A DNA stretch of 64,000 bases, taken from the NCBI GenBank assembly GCA_051362555.1, contig CM120646.1, positions 15,190,001 to 15,254,000 on the forward strand. Reading direction: 5' to 3'. This DNA is from Lingula anatina. Lineage: Eukaryota; Animalia; Brachiopoda. Below the pieces are notes generated by a model. It searched no databases, had not been told where the DNA came from, and saw only the letters and a program-made list of their open reading frames with translations. A program made the translations under genes and the position numbers. Of this stretch, positions 60,827-64,000 are shown one piece after another (position 1 is the stretch's first letter; each line of letters begins with the position of its first letter).

Positions 60827-63800
60827 ACATTAAACACGTCAGCCTAGCCCGAATTAGGTTAACTGTACGTTTTTTTACGTGTGTCACCAGGGGCATATTA
60901 TTTCTTAATTAAATTATCAAATGGTCCCGCTTTACTAACGTTTCTATAACAAGTGAATATTTACAAATGTTCTTGGTCATGTAGCACCCCTTAAAATGGA
61001 GTCGACTTTTTATCACATTCGATTCTGGTTTAATGGTGAATTTGCTTGAAATTCATATATTGGATCATTATATCTTTCTTCTACAAGCCCACTTCTCCTT
61101 ACAGGTATATACTAGTAGTTATATTCTTAAATTAAAGAAAAAGAGGACAGCGGTACTTCAGACGACCGAAGTAGCTAAGTTCTCCATTTCAATAATATTT
61201 ACCCCAGTTCACATTTTTTTCGTGCGGCTACCCTGCTGTACCTAGTGAACTGCATTTTGTATGGTTGTGGATTGATGTTACTCGTTATTATTTTCTTTTA
61301 CTATTTTATCACAGTAGGCATACAAATTACAATAAATTCCAAGTATATTTGTTTATAGGTGTTAGTCTATAATAATGTTGGAAACGTATGGACTGTATTT
61401 TAATTTTTCATGTGCTACATGTATACTGATTACATGTATGTCATCGGGATACTTCATTATTGGACACATTTTAAAACACAATGTTTTGACAGTAGCGTAT
61501 TTTGTGTATTACAATTATGTGTATGTCATAATGTTTACTGCAGTATATTTAGAGTTGTTTATTGCAACATGTACATTAACTTTGCCGTTATGTTAATTTC
61601 ACTTTATGATTTGTGTGTAATGCATTCATATTTTAATGGCTTACATGTATCACCGTGCATCATAGTATACACTTTTGCTATAGGTGATATTTAATTGTCT
61701 CTTTTATAACTTACATTACCAGGAAAATGGAGACGCGACTAAGACACCCTAACAGAAGTTGTATTTTGTGCAATTTAAATTTTGGATTTGTGTTTTCTGT
61801 TGTAATTACAGATCATTTTAGATCATTTAAGTGATAAAAACATTTCTTGTTACTACAAGCAATCGCCTCCGGAGGCATGTTATATAATTTGTACAATTGT
61901 GATTTAAATGATGTCACTATAGATACTATATAAAGCCTACTTGAACTTTACAGCGTGCAACGTGCTGCCATAACTTTTGTCAGTGAAATATTTTACGGCT
62001 AACGGGATTTGTTCAGTAAGCTTGTAAGGCACCTTCGATGTCTCGTTGTCATGTCTTACAGATTCTGATGTTTGCATAACCTGTGCAATGCGTATTTTTG
62101 TATGTCCTTTTCCTATCGTTATTTCGATACCATATCAAATTCTGCCACAAAGTACGTTGATTGTGATTTGTGTGCAAATATATTTTGCTAATGAATCCAG
62201 GCAGTCCATTCCGTACTGAACACCTGATAGTATAAATATATTGATTTTGAGAAAAGGATCAGGCTTATTTGAGACACTTACCCAGTACCCCAAATATGTC
62301 ATTGCTTCCCCTGGAAGGCAATATTGTCATATTCAAAGGAAATAAACAGTTCAATGATATCAGTGTCGTTGTATTTGCAACGTTGTATTTGTTAATTCGA
62401 TGTTCATCTATCAAACTTTCGTTCACATTTAAGGTCTTTTCAAGGGCAACATTGCAAAGCCACAGAGTTATACATAATTTGTGATTTTTGTGCGAACGTT
62501 TTAATATTTTAATCCAGCGAGATATTTCAGTCTTATAATCAGGTGGCATAAAATCAATATTGCCACATTATAGGATTGTAAACGCCTTAGTTGTGTTATT
62601 TATTTGTAACGTAGAGATATAATCTTTATTACTAAATAATTTTTCCAGAAAACACGTCATGTTCGGATCCCATGGCTAGCACGTTGCTACCACATTTATT
62701 ACGTCATAGTCACGGATTAACCACGTGGTACCAACGTGATGTGTTTGTTGGGTTTTCTATTAGTAAAATAGTCACACCTCGGAATTTTTGATAAGCCAAG
62801 ATCAATTGCTTGATATGATTAGTTCCAAGTCCGAAATAACATAATAATATTTATAAACGTGATGTGCTTTACATGTACTTTCGTTCTAGGTGAATGACAT
62901 TCAACCAACAATGTTATCTGTAGCTGTTGACGAAATTAACGTTTAGAAAATTGTTTTATTTTATGTTTAATTACGGTCACATTCTAACGTGCGGTACGTT
63001 TGATCCAGTCTTCCATCGTCAGTTAATTATATATGATTTATCATGGCAAAATGTCCGTGAAACAACAATGTAGAGATTTTAATCTGCAAAATAATAATTA
63101 AATCACAACTGACACACTGCTGCAATGAAAAGAAAACCATCTTGTGTACCACAGCGATTACTGAACACGTGTTCGTCCGTTGCCTCTTAATTCTTTCAAA
63201 GACGACATTAGCATGCATGCTTGAGCGGTTTCTATTTATTAAAACTGACGGGCATTAATTTAATGGCTATTTAAATCGGAATCGTGTTTTATAAAATATG
63301 AGGTGGTAACTGTAAAATTGATATCGAGGCCGAGAAAATATTAGCAGCAAACGGTGGGCTTGGTTGTACTGGTAGAAGAGGAAAATTAGTTTACGAATTG
63401 GTGAGTTTCCTTCGTTAATTATTTTACAATGAGTAAAGGCAGCGATAGTTTTTCTTTTATGTAAAACTTTAAAAGCACATACGTATTTAAATATGATTTC
63501 ATCTAATGTAAACGTATTCCTTTGACAAGTAATTATTTATCTTAAACGTCTTTTCCCCGAAAATTCAGAAGTCTTTGACTGAGACTCGTCATGCTACAAT
63601 AGTAATCGGGTAGAACGCATAAAAAATCAAATAGTATCTTCTAAATTATAGTGCGCTTCGGATGAAAAGTACTCGCCAATTATACCATTCATATATCGAT
63701 CAGTGCCCATATTTCTGGTATATGGCTTACACACTGATATGGAAATGTTTCCATTTCGTGATATAAGACAGAGAGATAAGGTTAATAAAGAAAAACCACG

Positions 63801-64000
63801 TCCTTAAGTGTAGAACTTTATTTTGCAACAGTGCACACCACGTTGTATATTTTATGTCAAAATATGCAGATCAATAAAATGGAGACGGTTATGATTAGTG
63901 GTGATGTTAACGAGAATCACGGATGCAAAGACTCAAATCTTATTCTTATCATACAAGTCGTTAGTGTATCTTTGTCACGCCACATAACGATCGATGCAAC

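Noticed and set aside
61950-64000. Possible gene or transposon remnant at the right end
   Set aside because: Short ORFs without recognisable domains. No termini could be identified.

Overview
This is AT-rich, intron-containing animal DNA, probably from a marine invertebrate (inferred), and it is not prokaryotic. Positions 1-19.5 kb are mostly nested transposon debris: Tc1/mariner, Kolobok-like TTAA elements, Harbinger-type MITEs, a long fold-back element and an RTE LINE. The core is a head-to-head gene pair around a kB-site/NRF1-motif promoter at ~26.8 kb. (1) Minus strand, 24829->20017: an 8-exon, ~931-aa protein with a degenerate trypsin-like N-terminal domain, a catalytically intact caspase (SHG, QACQG, p20+p10), a P/Q/G-rich linker and a C-terminal DZIP3-type HEPN domain (RxxRNxxxH). 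(2) Plus strand, 32125->60826: an LRRC8/pannexin-like 4-TM large-pore channel domain without LRRs. An in-frame donor at 33018 appears to splice it through an acidic linker into ~33 fibronectin type III exons and a terminal Slp4/5-type C2B domain (~3,600-3,700 aa). I infer an undescribed immune/cell-death module (caspase-RNase plus a possibly caspase-gated channel). A second copy of the promoter at 16.9 kb and an inverted copy of the channel gene's upstream region at 1-1105 suggest a paralogue just left of the window. All gene models were assembled by hand from splice signals and are unverified.
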